Assembly (NCBI GenBank): GCA_965200295.1
Contig: OZ241347.1
Span: 3,006,093 to 3,070,092 of the forward strand
Origin: Gammaproteobacteria bacterium
GTDB lineage: Bacteria; Pseudomonadota; Gammaproteobacteria; Eutrophobiales; Eutrophobiaceae
DNA length: 64,000 nt
Direction: 5' to 3'
The notes under the pieces: model-generated
Told to the model about the DNA's origin: nothing
What the model saw: only the letters and a program-made list of their open reading frames with translations
Database searches by the model: none
Position numbers and translations under genes: made by a program
Shown here: positions 41,965-51,469 of the stretch, in pieces
How positions within the stretch are numbered: the stretch's first letter is position 1
Layout: every line of letters begins with the position of its first letter

Positions 41965-43257
41965 TTAGCCGAAGCTCGGGTTCGCGACCGGCGCCGCGGT
42001 GTGCGCGACGGCGGCTTGCAGTCGTGTTTGCACATGGGTCATCAGCGACGGAATGCCCGGTTCAAACCAGTCGTTGGCGCTGGTCACCCGCCAGGTGTAG
42101 CCCAGCGCGGCCAGTTGCCCAAGCGCCGCCGAGGCCGCCGCGACCTCCAGACCCAGGACCTCCTGCAAGGCGGTCCGTAGCGCAGCCTTATGCGCTTGGT
42201 CGGTGTCCGCGAAGACCTCGGCCACAATGTCCGCAGCCTCGACCAGCCCGCGGTCTTCCAATTCCCTGTAGCGTTCGCCGTAATAGCGCTGGCGCCGGGC
42301 ATCGACCTGCGCATACACCTGCTCTACCGTCGCCGGCGTCACGGTGTGTTCATGGGACTCATACACCAACGCCTCACACAGCGCCTCGCCCCAAAGCTGG
42401 GTAAAATACGGGTAGCCCTGACAGTCCGTCACCACCGTCTCCAATGCCGCCGGGTCAAATGTCACTGACCAATCCGCCAGCGGCTCGGTCAGCGCCGTGG
42501 CGGTGTCTTGGGCGTTAAGCCGGCCGATGGGGAGAATCTCGGCGCGGCTCCAAAACGTCGCATCCATCTCACCCAGGCGTGCTTCGAGATTGGGTGTCCC
42601 GACCAGGATCAGGCCGAAGGGTATGCCGTCGGTGCGCAGCTGCTGGCTGAGATTGAGCAGGTCCTGACCGACCTCGCAGTCCAGCGTGTGCGCCTCGTCC
42701 ACGGTGACTAACAGCGGTTGCTCACCACAGCGCGCCGTCAGCCGCGCCACCAGCTCGGTTGTCAGCGCCGCCGCCGAGACAGCGCCCAACGACACTGTGC
42801 CGAGGCTCGGGGCGCCCACGGTGACGCCATCAACGGCCAGATTTTGATCCACGTCGCGTTGGGCAGTGTCAACCGCCGTCGCCACGGCGCGCGTCAGCGC
42901 CCCCTGCCCGGTTGAGGGCGAATTCAGCAACGCGCGAGCGAGGTCCACCGGCGATTTAAGCGCCCGTCGGGTCAGCGCGATGACACCGATCCGGGCCGCG
43001 CGTGCCTGGCGTCTGAAATCGGCCAACAGCGCGGTCTTGCCGTTGCCGCGTGGGCCGTAGAGTACCAGATCACGCGCTGGCCCCCGACCGCCTTGCAACG
43101 GGCGTAATAGCTTATTAAGACAGATCTTCGTCTCGCGTACCCGCCCGGCGAGTTTGGGCGGGGGCACGCCACTGCCAGGCTGGAATAGGCCCAACATGGC
43201 CTCTTGGTACTGTTTATCACTGAAATCGTGCGGAAACGTCGTTGCCATAGCTATCAC
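41965..43257 (-). CDS. AAA+ ATPase (Orc1/Cdc6-like or archaeal-ATPase-type P-loop NTPase)
   Basis: 430 aa with Walker A 'LYGPRGNGKTALL' and Walker B 'LLVTVDEAH'. Confidence 0.6.
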   Translation of the reverse strand: MIAMATTFPHDFSDKQYQEAMLGLFQPGSGVPPPKLAGRVRETKICLNKLLRPLQGGRGPARDLVLYGPRGNGKTALLADFRRQARAARIGVIALTRRALKSPVDLARALLNSPSTGQGALTRAVATAVDTAQRDVDQNLAVDGVTVGAPSLGTVSLGAVSAAALTTELVARLTARCGEQPLLVTVDEAHTLDCEVGQDLLNLSQQLRTDGIPFGLILVGTPNLEARLGEMDATFWSRAEILPIGRLNAQDTATALTEPLADWSVTFDPAALETVVTDCQGYPYFTQLWGEALCEALVYESHEHTVTPATVEQVYAQVDARRQRYYGERYRELEDRGLVEAADIVAEVFADTDQAHKAALRTALQEVLGLEVAAASAALGQLAALGYTWRVTSANDWFEPGIPSLMTHVQTRLQAAVAHTAAPVANPSFG

Positions 43258-43289
43258 GTTGACAGGTCGGTGTAATGAATCTGATTCTA

Positions 43290-43583
43290 TCAGGGCAGCG
43301 GGGGTGCAATCAAGGACAGGACAGAAGCTCCGTCCACAAGAATATCAACGGCAACCCTATAGTGTTCGCTCTCGAACCAGGCCAGCAATGCGGTTTTCCC
43401 GTTACCTCGGGGTGCACAGAGTATGGTGTCCTTAGCGGGCGGGTGTCCTTGACTCATTCGATTGATAAGCGCTTTGAAGTGGCGTTTTGCTTCTTGCCGG
43501 CCGGGAAAAAAAGGGGGGATCAGTCCGGCGCCTGGGGTGAAGGGGTTGATTGCGGTTTCAGGGATCATGTAGGGCAAGATCAT
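43290..43583 (-). pseudogene. Truncated paralog (N-terminal 97 aa) of the AAA+ ATPase
   Basis: 'NPFTPGAGLIPPFFPGRQEAKRHFKALI...ILCAPRGNGKTALLAWFE' is paralogous to the N-terminus of 41965..43257. Ends after the Walker A motif. Confidence 0.55.
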
Positions 43584-43695
43584 ACTTTTTGATATAAGGA
43601 GAGGGGTTTTTATTCCAAAAAGATATAGATAAGTGGGGAACTTATGGAAATTAGGGGGATCAGATCAGTAAATACCCTCGATTCAGGAGAAAACC

Positions 43696-44805
43696 ATGAG
43701 TTTAATGACCCATTTAGCAACGATTGACGACCCGCGCCGTGATATCAACAAGAAGCATGACTTATTGGACATTCTGTTTTTAACGGTCAGTGCAGTGATG
43801 TCGGGGGCGGAAGGCTGGAAGGACATCAAGGAATTTGGTGATGAGAAGCTGGTCTGGTTGCGCCAGTACCGGCCGTTTGCGAACGGGATTCCGGTGGATG
43901 ATACGATTGCGCGGGTGGTGCGGGCACTGGATCCGGGGCAGTTCAATCGAGCGTTTATCAGTTGGGTCAATGAAGTGCGGGCGGTGCAGGGTCAGGAGCA
44001 GATTGCGTTGGACGGGAAGACGTTGCGGCGTTCACATGACGGGGTGCGGGATACGGCTTTGCACAGCATCACGGCCTGGGGGCATGAATGCGGGCTGGTG
44101 TTAGCGCAGGAGAAGTCATCGGGGAAGAAGAACGAACAGGCATCGGTGTTGGCGATGCTGGATATGTTACAGGTCAGGGGGGCGCATATCACCGCTGATG
44201 CGATGAATACGCAGACGAAAATTGCACGCACGATTCATAACAAGGGCGGGGACTACACGTTGTCATTGAAGGACAATCACAAGACTTTCAGGCAGGAGAT
44301 AGCGGCGTATTTTCATAAGGTTAGCCGCGATGACCCGGACCGGATAGCGGTTTATGACGAGGTGGATGGCGGTCATGGTCGGGGGGAGCGGCGCACCTGC
44401 CGGCAGGTGTCGGTGAGCGAATGGTTGAGCGGGGCGGCGAAGTGGCCGGGCTTGCAGACGGTCATTGAAATGACACGCGAGCGCCACCTGCCCGGGAAGG
44501 CGGTGCAGGCGCAGACCCACTACTATATCAGTTCCTTAGCGATGGATGCTGAGCGGGTGGCACAGGGGATACGCCGGCATTGGGGCGTGGAGAACAAGGC
44601 ACATTGGGTGCTTGATGTGGCCTTTAGGGAAGATGACAGTCGCATTCGTAAGGGAGATGGCGCGGAGAACGTGGCGATTATCCGGCGTTTTTGTTTGAAC
44701 CTGGCGCGGCTCGATGGGAAGAAGAACAGTATGCGGGGAAAACTTAAGCAGGCCGGGTGGAGTGATACCCGGCGCGCAGAGATTTTATTCGGACAACCTG
44801 TGTGA
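43696..44805 (+). CDS. ISAs1-family (H-repeat-associated) transposase
   Basis: 369 aa with a DDE core. 'HWGVENKAHWVLDVAFREDDSRIRKGDGAENVAIIRRFCLNL' is typical of ISAs1/YhhI-type transposases. Confidence 0.8.
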   Translation: MSLMTHLATIDDPRRDINKKHDLLDILFLTVSAVMSGAEGWKDIKEFGDEKLVWLRQYRPFANGIPVDDTIARVVRALDPGQFNRAFISWVNEVRAVQGQEQIALDGKTLRRSHDGVRDTALHSITAWGHECGLVLAQEKSSGKKNEQASVLAMLDMLQVRGAHITADAMNTQTKIARTIHNKGGDYTLSLKDNHKTFRQEIAAYFHKVSRDDPDRIAVYDEVDGGHGRGERRTCRQVSVSEWLSGAAKWPGLQTVIEMTRERHLPGKAVQAQTHYYISSLAMDAERVAQGIRRHWGVENKAHWVLDVAFREDDSRIRKGDGAENVAIIRRFCLNLARLDGKKNSMRGKLKQAGWSDTRRAEILFGQPV

Positions 44806-44882
44806 TATGTATAAAAGTGTGCGGTTGCCCTAAGGGATCATGGACGCAACATCTGGTCAATCTTGTAATACGATGTATATTA

Positions 44883-45033
44883 GGTAACCTCTAAAAATGC
44901 CCTCCGTGGCATTTTTAGAGACGGAAACGGAAAAGTATGATTTTCCGTTTCCTTCATTTTCAAGCACTTACGTGCTTAAAAATGGCAGCACATCCCTGTG
45001 CTGCACGGTCACCTCTAATTAATAGAGGTGACC
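44883..45033. repeat. Full copy of the composite palindromic repeat
   Basis: Five-hairpin architecture. The terminal hairpin here is ggtcacctctaattaatagaggtgacc. Confidence 0.8.
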
Positions 45034-45180
45034 ATTAGTTAATGCACTATACAAGATCAACTGCGACAGCTGATTGGATGGGGAGACAACCGTGCTGAAC
45101 ATTGACAACCGCACTATTTTCCGTGATGACAATATTGATACTCTGCCGGGCATCAATACCGAGGCCATCAGGACACATAA

Positions 45181-45240
45181 GGTAACTTCTAAAAATGCCC
45201 TCCGTGGCACATAAGCAAAGACGGAAACGGAGAGGTGCCC
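45181..45240. repeat. Partial copy (first two modules) of the composite repeat
   Basis: 'ggtaacttctaaaaatgccctccgtggcacataagcaaagacggaaacggagaggtgccc'. Confidence 0.65.
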
Positions 45241-45279
45241 ACAAGCCCGAAGCTGCTGAGCCGCCGGTCCGGCCTTAAT

Positions 45280-45945
45280 ATGGACATAACCTCGCCCCGA
45301 TCGGAAGCGGAGTTGTTACAGCGCTGCGGCGCCCTGGCAGGCAGGTCGCTGGGGCAGGTGGCGGCCGAGTTGGATGTTGCGATGCCCGCCTCCCGCACCC
45401 GGGGCAAGGGTTGGGCCGGGCAGCTGCTCGAGCGTTACCTGGGGGCCAGCGCCGGTTCGCAGCCGCAGCCGGACTTCGTGGCGCTGGGCATTGAGCTGAA
45501 AACCATACCCGTGAACCGGCAGAGCCGGGCCGGGGAGTCGACCTTCGTTTGTATGGCGCCACTGACGGGCGCCGCCGGCTTGCGCTGGCCTGACTCCACC
45601 GTCAGACGCAAACTTAACCGGGTGTTGTGGGTGCCGCTGGAGGCCGACCCAACGATCCTGCCGCAACACAGCAGGGTCGGCAATGCCTTTCTCTGGAGTC
45701 CGTCGCCGCACCAGGCGCGCATCCTGGAACAGGACTGGCAGGAACTGATGGAACTGCTCTGTTTCGGTGACTTTGATCAGGTCAGCGCAAAACACGGGCA
45801 ATACCTGCAAATCAGGCCCAAGGCGGCCAACGCCGCGAGTCTGGCCCGGGCCACCTTGGCCGACGGCAACAGTGGTCACACCCTCCCCCGCGGGTTTTAC
45901 CTGCGCGCGCGTTTTACCAACATGCTGCTGGAAGAATATTTGTGA
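45280..45945 (+). CDS. mutH: DNA mismatch repair endonuclease MutH
   Basis: 'KGWAGQLLERYLGASAGSQPQPDFVALGIELKTIPV...STFVCMAPLTG...RKLNRVLWVPLE...LWSP...QDWQELME...HGQYLQIRPKAANA...LPRGFYL' is collinear with E. coli MutH. Confidence 0.85.
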   Translation: MDITSPRSEAELLQRCGALAGRSLGQVAAELDVAMPASRTRGKGWAGQLLERYLGASAGSQPQPDFVALGIELKTIPVNRQSRAGESTFVCMAPLTGAAGLRWPDSTVRRKLNRVLWVPLEADPTILPQHSRVGNAFLWSPSPHQARILEQDWQELMELLCFGDFDQVSAKHGQYLQIRPKAANAASLARATLADGNSGHTLPRGFYLRARFTNMLLEEYL

Positions 45946-46931
45946 CATTCAGCCACAAATTCTGCGTGGCGCCGATGATGGCGCATACGGATCGGCATTT
46001 TCGCTATCTGCTGCGTCTGCTTTCAGGACAAGCCATGTTATATACGGAAATGCTGACCACCGGCGCACTGTTGTATGGTGATGCGGAGAAATATCTGCGC
46101 TTCCATGCCGCCGAGCGCCCGCTCGGGATACAGTTGGGCGGCAGCGACCCCGAGGCGCTGGCAAAGTGCGCCGGACGCACCGCCGAGTGCGGCTATGACG
46201 AGGTCAACCTGAACCTGGGATGCCCCAGTGAACGGGTCAAATCCGGACGCTTTGGCGCCTGCCTCATGGCCGAACCGGAGCTAGTCGCAGACTGCGTCAA
46301 GGCCATGCTTGAGACCAGCGCCGCACCGGTCACGGTGAAAACCCGTACCGGTATAGACCAGCTTGACGATTATGACTACCTGCAACGGTTTATTGCAACA
46401 GTTAGCGGAGCCGGTTGCCGCACCTTCATCATCCATGCCCGCAAGGCCTGGCTGCAAGGGTTAAGCCCGCGCCAGAACCGCACGCTGCCGCCCCTGCAAT
46501 ACGACCGGGTGTACCGCCTGAAACAGGATTTTCCGGACCTGGAGATAGTCATCAACGGCGGCATTAACAGCCTGGATGAGACGCAAGCGCATCTGCGCCA
46601 TGTTGACGGCGTTATGCTCGGCCGCGCCCTGTGCCATAACCCTTACTTACTGACAGGGGTGGACAAAACCCTGTTTGACGTGAACAATAGGGCGCTTTCC
46701 CGTATGGAAGCGCTGCAACGCTACCTGGACTACATGGAGACGGAGCTGGCACAAGGCGAGCGCTTGTATGCCATGGCGCGGCACTTGCTCGGACTGTTTC
46801 GCGGGCAACATGGCGCGCGCGCATTCCGGCGCCACCTGACAACCCGGGCCGTGCACAAAAATGCCGGAGTGGAGGTGGTGCGGGAGGCGGCAGGGTTGCT
46901 TGGAAATTTAGAATTAATACAGAGAATATAA
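45942..46931 (+). CDS. dusA: tRNA-dihydrouridine(20/20a) synthase DusA
   Basis: 'FCVAPMMAHTDRHFRYLLRLLS...MLYTEMLTTGALLYGD' N-terminus and the Dus TIM-barrel signature. 329 aa. Confidence 0.8.
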   Translation: MTFSHKFCVAPMMAHTDRHFRYLLRLLSGQAMLYTEMLTTGALLYGDAEKYLRFHAAERPLGIQLGGSDPEALAKCAGRTAECGYDEVNLNLGCPSERVKSGRFGACLMAEPELVADCVKAMLETSAAPVTVKTRTGIDQLDDYDYLQRFIATVSGAGCRTFIIHARKAWLQGLSPRQNRTLPPLQYDRVYRLKQDFPDLEIVINGGINSLDETQAHLRHVDGVMLGRALCHNPYLLTGVDKTLFDVNNRALSRMEALQRYLDYMETELAQGERLYAMARHLLGLFRGQHGARAFRRHLTTRAVHKNAGVEVVREAAGLLGNLELIQRI

Positions 46932-47597
46932 ATGAAAAATTTACTATTACTGTTTGTTTTTACTTGTATATTGCTGCTTAATCCAGCCCAGGCAGACGAC
47001 CTGGACGATAAACAAAAACTCGGCTATGCGCTGGGGGTATTTTTTGCGGAGAATGTCGCTCAGCAGGGTATCGACATGGACACAGAGTCATTTATCGCCG
47101 CAGTCGCCGATGTTCTGCACAACCGACCGCGACAACTGTCGCCCGCTGAAATCCAGGATGCCTTTATGGCGTTTCAGCAGCGGGAGCAGCAAAACCGGGC
47201 CGCACAAGCCACGGTAAATCGGCAGGCCGGGGAAGAATTCCTGGCAAGCAACAAGGACAAAGAAGGGATAGTGGCGCTCGACAACGGCCTGCAATACCGG
47301 ATTGTGCGTCCCGGCACTGGCCCCAAACCTCAGGCGGGTGGCGAGGTCAGCGTCCATTACCGGGGAACGCTGCTCGACGGGCGCGAGTTCGATAGCTCGT
47401 ACCAGCGTGGCGAGCCGACCAGGCTGTCGTTGAACCGGGTTATCAGGGGTTGGCAACTGGCCCTGCCGATGATGCAAACAGGCGCCAAGTGGCAGCTTTA
47501 TATCCCGGCAGAACTGGCTTACGGCGGCGCCGGACAAGGCGCCATCGGCCCGGATGAAACGCTGATATTCGAGGTTGAGCTCGTTGCGGTGCATTAA
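46932..47597 (+). CDS. fkpA: Periplasmic FKBP-type peptidyl-prolyl isomerase (FkpA/FklB-like)
   Basis: Signal peptide, dimerisation helix and C-terminal FKBP domain 'GGEVSVHYRGTLLDGREFDSSYQRGEPTRLSLNRVIRGWQLALPMMQTGAKWQLYIPAELAYG'. Confidence 0.8.
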   Translation: MKNLLLLFVFTCILLLNPAQADDLDDKQKLGYALGVFFAENVAQQGIDMDTESFIAAVADVLHNRPRQLSPAEIQDAFMAFQQREQQNRAAQATVNRQAGEEFLASNKDKEGIVALDNGLQYRIVRPGTGPKPQAGGEVSVHYRGTLLDGREFDSSYQRGEPTRLSLNRVIRGWQLALPMMQTGAKWQLYIPAELAYGGAGQGAIGPDETLIFEVELVAVH

Positions 47598-48024
47598 CGC
47601 GCTGGTAACAGCCGGTGAGGCGCTTATGGCGGCGCTGCTGGCGCTGAGTCCGCTCGGCTACGGCTGGGCCTTCGACAACCCGCTGGCGGCTGGCATTGCC
47701 GCTTATAATGACGGTAACTACCGGGCTGCAGCAGACCGTTTTGCCGAGGCCGTGACGGCCGCGCCGCAGGACTCGATGCGGCATCACTGGCTGGGCAAGA
47801 GCTACGGCAGAATCGCCGAACATGGCAACTGGTTCGTCTCCATGTCTTATGCAAAAAAGACACTGCAACAATTTCGCACCGCGGTGGCGCTGGATGCGGA
47901 TAACTACGAGGCGGTACGCGATCTGGCAGATTACCTGGAATCCGCCCCGCGTTTTCTGGGCGGCGACAAGCAGGAAGCCGCGCGCCTGAAACAACAACTG
48001 GAACGGTTGCGGGGCGATCAATGA
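47575..48024 (+). CDS. Hypothetical TPR-like protein
   Basis: ORF continuity and codon usage. 'AAYNDGNYRAAADRFAEAV' resembles a TPR helix. No stronger signature. Confidence 0.35.
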   Translation: MSSLRCINALVTAGEALMAALLALSPLGYGWAFDNPLAAGIAAYNDGNYRAAADRFAEAVTAAPQDSMRHHWLGKSYGRIAEHGNWFVSMSYAKKTLQQFRTAVALDADNYEAVRDLADYLESAPRFLGGDKQEAARLKQQLERLRGDQ

Positions 48025-50129
48025 GCAAGACTCGCGCCACTGCGTTACTGTTGCCCTGGTTGTGGCTGCCCTGGTTGTGGCTGACAAGCGCCCAGGCAAT
48101 CCCCCCCACAGTGACGGATGCGGAACTGTACGCAGCAGAGCGTCACCAGCGCGCCACGCTGATCATCACTCACATCATGGATGAATACCATTACCGCAAC
48201 AAGCCGTTGGATGACGACCTGTCCGCGCGTATCCTGGATTCCTACCTCGAGAGCCTGGACGGGAATCGCAGTTACTTCCTGGCACAGGATATAGCAGACT
48301 TTGCACGCTACCGCCACCAACTCGACGAAGCGCTGGCAGAAGCGCAGCTTGAGCCTGCCTTCGAGATCTTCCGGCGCTACCGGCAGCGAGTGGCCGCGCG
48401 CGTCGAGTATGCCCGACACCTGCTGCAAACGGAATTCGACTTCAGCATTGAGGAGGAATATATGTTCGACCGGCGCGCCGGCGCCTGGGCTGCCAGCCCG
48501 GCAGAGTTGGATGAAATCTGGCGCAAAAAGGTCAAGAACGACTACCTGATGTTATTACTGGCAGACAAGGAGCGTAACGAAATAAAAGACCTGCTGGACA
48601 AACGCTATGCCCGGTTACAGACCAGCGCCTGGCAAATCAAGTCCAACGATGTGTTCCAGTCGTTCATCAATGCCTACACCTCGGCCATAGAACCGCACTC
48701 TTACTACTTTACCCCGCGCTCTTCGGAAAATTTCGACATCACCATGAAACTCTCCCTGGAGGGTATCGGCGCGGTACTGCGCGCAGAAAACGAATATACG
48801 GTGGTACAGAAAATCATCCCCGGCGGCCCGGCGGAGCACGGCGGCGAGTTGCGTACTGAAGACCGGATTATTGGCGTCGGCCAGGGCCTGCAAGGCGACC
48901 TCACGGATGTGGTAGGCTGGCGCTTAGATGACGTGGTTGACATGATCCGGGGGGCGAAAGGTTCCGTAGTGAGGCTGGAAATCTTGCCGGAAAGAGCTGC
49001 TGCCAAAGGCCTCAGTAAGATTATCGCCATCACCCGTGATGAGATTAAGCTGGAAGACCAGGCGGCCAAATCGGAGATTATACAACTGGACAACGGCGGC
49101 GCTATCGGTGTTATCAAGGTGCCTGCGTTCTACAGCGACTACACTGCGCAGCAGGCCGGCAAACAGGATTATCGCAGCACGACCCGGGATGTGCGGCGCT
49201 TACTTGAAGAGCTGCAACACAGTGACCTGGACGGCCTGGTGATAGACCTGCGCGGCAACGGCGGCGGCTCGCTGGCGGAAGCGCTGGAACTGACCGGACT
49301 GTTCATAGCAACCGGCCCCATCATCCAGACCCGGGACTACTCCGGCAACATCGAGATCAACGGCGACCCTTACCCGGATATCAGCTACGGCGGCCCGTTG
49401 GCGGTACTGGTCAACCGCAACAGCGCCTCGGGTTCCGAAATCTTTGCCGGCGCCATCCAGGACTACCGGCGCGGCATTATTATCGGCGAGCCAACCTTCG
49501 GCAAGGGCACGGTGCAGAACATTATCGACCTGAACCAGTTCACCGAAACGCCGGCGGAAGACCATGGCCGCCTGAAGGCAACGGTGGCACAGTTTTATCG
49601 TGTCAGCGGCGGCAGCAACCAGTATCTCGGCGTGACCCCGGACATCATCTACCCCACGGCCCGCTACAGCGAGGACTACGGCGAGCGCATGCTGGACAAT
49701 GCCCTGCCCTGGGATAAGGTGCGCCCGGTACATTTCGTGCCGACCAGCGCGCCGGTGCAGCATTTTGCCCGGGTCCGGGCGCAACATGAGCAACGCCTGC
49801 GCGACAACCGGCTGATCAGCCTGCTGCTCAAGGACCTGGAAGCCTCAAAATCCACCGAGGACATCAAGAGCGTGAGCCTGCAAGAGCAGCAACGCCGGGC
49901 AGAACGGGAACAACGGCAACTTGAGACCGAGGCCATCCGCAATGAAATACGTCTGGCCGCGGGTCTGCAACCGGTCTCCGCAGCCACCGCCGCAGATGCC
50001 GATGCAGACGCCGACGCGCTGGAACAACTGGACCCGTTCCTGGAAGAAGCTGCCCGCATCCTCTACGATCTGGTCGTGCCGGTGCGCCGGACCGCGACGC
50101 GACCAACGGCATTGTCTGCCTTAGACTGA
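48021..50129 (+). CDS. prc: Carboxy-terminal processing protease (tail-specific protease Prc, family S41)
   Basis: 702 aa with a signal peptide, a PDZ domain and the S41 motifs 'LVIDLRGNGGGSL...', 'LAVLVNRNSASGSEIFAGAIQDYRRGIIIGEPTFGKGTVQ'. Confidence 0.85.
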   Translation: MSKTRATALLLPWLWLPWLWLTSAQAIPPTVTDAELYAAERHQRATLIITHIMDEYHYRNKPLDDDLSARILDSYLESLDGNRSYFLAQDIADFARYRHQLDEALAEAQLEPAFEIFRRYRQRVAARVEYARHLLQTEFDFSIEEEYMFDRRAGAWAASPAELDEIWRKKVKNDYLMLLLADKERNEIKDLLDKRYARLQTSAWQIKSNDVFQSFINAYTSAIEPHSYYFTPRSSENFDITMKLSLEGIGAVLRAENEYTVVQKIIPGGPAEHGGELRTEDRIIGVGQGLQGDLTDVVGWRLDDVVDMIRGAKGSVVRLEILPERAAAKGLSKIIAITRDEIKLEDQAAKSEIIQLDNGGAIGVIKVPAFYSDYTAQQAGKQDYRSTTRDVRRLLEELQHSDLDGLVIDLRGNGGGSLAEALELTGLFIATGPIIQTRDYSGNIEINGDPYPDISYGGPLAVLVNRNSASGSEIFAGAIQDYRRGIIIGEPTFGKGTVQNIIDLNQFTETPAEDHGRLKATVAQFYRVSGGSNQYLGVTPDIIYPTARYSEDYGERMLDNALPWDKVRPVHFVPTSAPVQHFARVRAQHEQRLRDNRLISLLLKDLEASKSTEDIKSVSLQEQQRRAEREQRQLETEAIRNEIRLAAGLQPVSAATAADADADADALEQLDPFLEEAARILYDLVVPVRRTATRPTALSALD

Positions 50130-50131
50130 CC

Positions 50132-51364
50132 TTAAGGCATGAAGTATTGCAACAGGTCGTTCAGGTAGCGCGCGCCTTTTTCCGTTGCCCGCAGCAACCC
50201 CGGCTCCGGCTCCAGCAAACCGTCAGACCTGGCGGCCTCGACCTGGGCGGCAATGGTATCCGGCTCCAACCCGGTTCTGGCGCTGAAACCGGACAACGGC
50301 ACGCCGTCTTTAAGCCGCAAGGCATTGAGCATAAATTCCAGGATGCAATCGTCCTGTGTCAACATCCTGCGCTCGGCAATGACGGCATCAGTCCCGGCAT
50401 GGTGGATATACCTTGCCGGCACGCGCCGACGTGATTGCCGCGTTATCGTCGTCCGCAACGTGGCAGGTCCCGGGGCGCCCCCGTCCGTGTGTGTGGTAAG
50501 TTTGCCATGGGCGCCAGCGCCGATCCCGAGATAGTCGCCAAACTGCCAGTAGTTCAGGTTGTGCCGGCATTCACTACCCGGCCGCGACCAGGCGGAAACC
50601 TCATAGCGCCGGTAGCCGTGTCGCGCCAGATAGTCGCAACCACGCGCGTACATTTCCCAGGCGCTATCGTCATCAGGCAACGACGGTGGTCTGGCATGGA
50701 ACACGGTATTGGGCTCAATGGTAAGCTGGTACCAGGAGATATGCGCCGGTTCCAAATTGACCGCGGCGGCGAGGTCGGACAGGGCCGCTTGCACAGACTG
50801 CCCCGGCAGCCCATACATCAGGTCGATATTGATGTTGGCAAACCCTGCCTTGGTTGCCATTGCCAGCGCCGCGCGCGCGTCGGCGGCGGTGTGAATCCTG
50901 CATAAGGCCTTGAGGCTGTCGTCATTAAAACTCTGCACGCCGATAGACAGCCGGTTCACGCCCAAATCACGGTAATCGGCAAAGCGCCGACCGTCGCTGG
51001 CGCCGGGGTTGGCTTCCAGAGTAATTTCCGCGTCGGCAGCAAGCCCTGACCGGGAAGCTGCCGCCTCCAGGATGGCGCCGATACCGGTTGGCGAGACCAG
51101 GCTTGGCGTGCCGCCGCCAAGGAAAACAGTCTCAAGCCTGTTGCCTCCCAGCGCGCCGACACTGAACTCAAGGTCGCGCACCAACGCCTTCACGTATTCC
51201 TGCTCCGGAAAGGAACCGCCCGTTATTTCATGGGAATTGAAATCACAATAAGGGCACTTCCTGACACACCAGGGCAGGTGTACGTACAACGCTAAGGGCA
51301 GGTTAGTGACTTGTCGCTGCCGCGGCGCCAATCCCGAGCTCCGAACGTATGAACTGTTCCTCAA
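50132..51364 (-). CDS. hemW: Radical SAM heme chaperone HemW (coproporphyrinogen III oxidase-like)
   Basis: 'LYVHLPWCVRKCPYCDFNS' radical-SAM CxxxCxxC motif plus a HemN_C-like C-terminus. The precise start is uncertain. Confidence 0.75.
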   Translation of the reverse strand: MRNSSYVRSSGLAPRQRQVTNLPLALYVHLPWCVRKCPYCDFNSHEITGGSFPEQEYVKALVRDLEFSVGALGGNRLETVFLGGGTPSLVSPTGIGAILEAAASRSGLAADAEITLEANPGASDGRRFADYRDLGVNRLSIGVQSFNDDSLKALCRIHTAADARAALAMATKAGFANINIDLMYGLPGQSVQAALSDLAAAVNLEPAHISWYQLTIEPNTVFHARPPSLPDDDSAWEMYARGCDYLARHGYRRYEVSAWSRPGSECRHNLNYWQFGDYLGIGAGAHGKLTTHTDGGAPGPATLRTTITRQSRRRVPARYIHHAGTDAVIAERRMLTQDDCILEFMLNALRLKDGVPLSGFSARTGLEPDTIAAQVEAARSDGLLEPEPGLLRATEKGARYLNDLLQYFMP

Positions 51365-51469
51365 ATGCTGCGCGCTCGCGCCCTGCTCTGGCGCTACGGT
51401 CCGTTAATGGCGCCGCGAGTCGTGAACCCGCGCCAGTACATGGACAGCCGTAATATCGGCGCATTGGCG

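Noticed and set aside
43600-44870. Attempting to define the ISAs1 inverted repeats and target duplication
   Set aside because: I could not find convincing inverted termini by eye. The 'gggatca' matches on both flanks are direct, not inverted. The feature is reported only as the transposase CDS.
46954-47217. The alternative-frame ORF overlapping the fkpA start region, and similar overlapping small ORFs within dusA, prc, hemW and actP
   Set aside because: They sit within well-supported housekeeping genes in other frames and have no independent signal.
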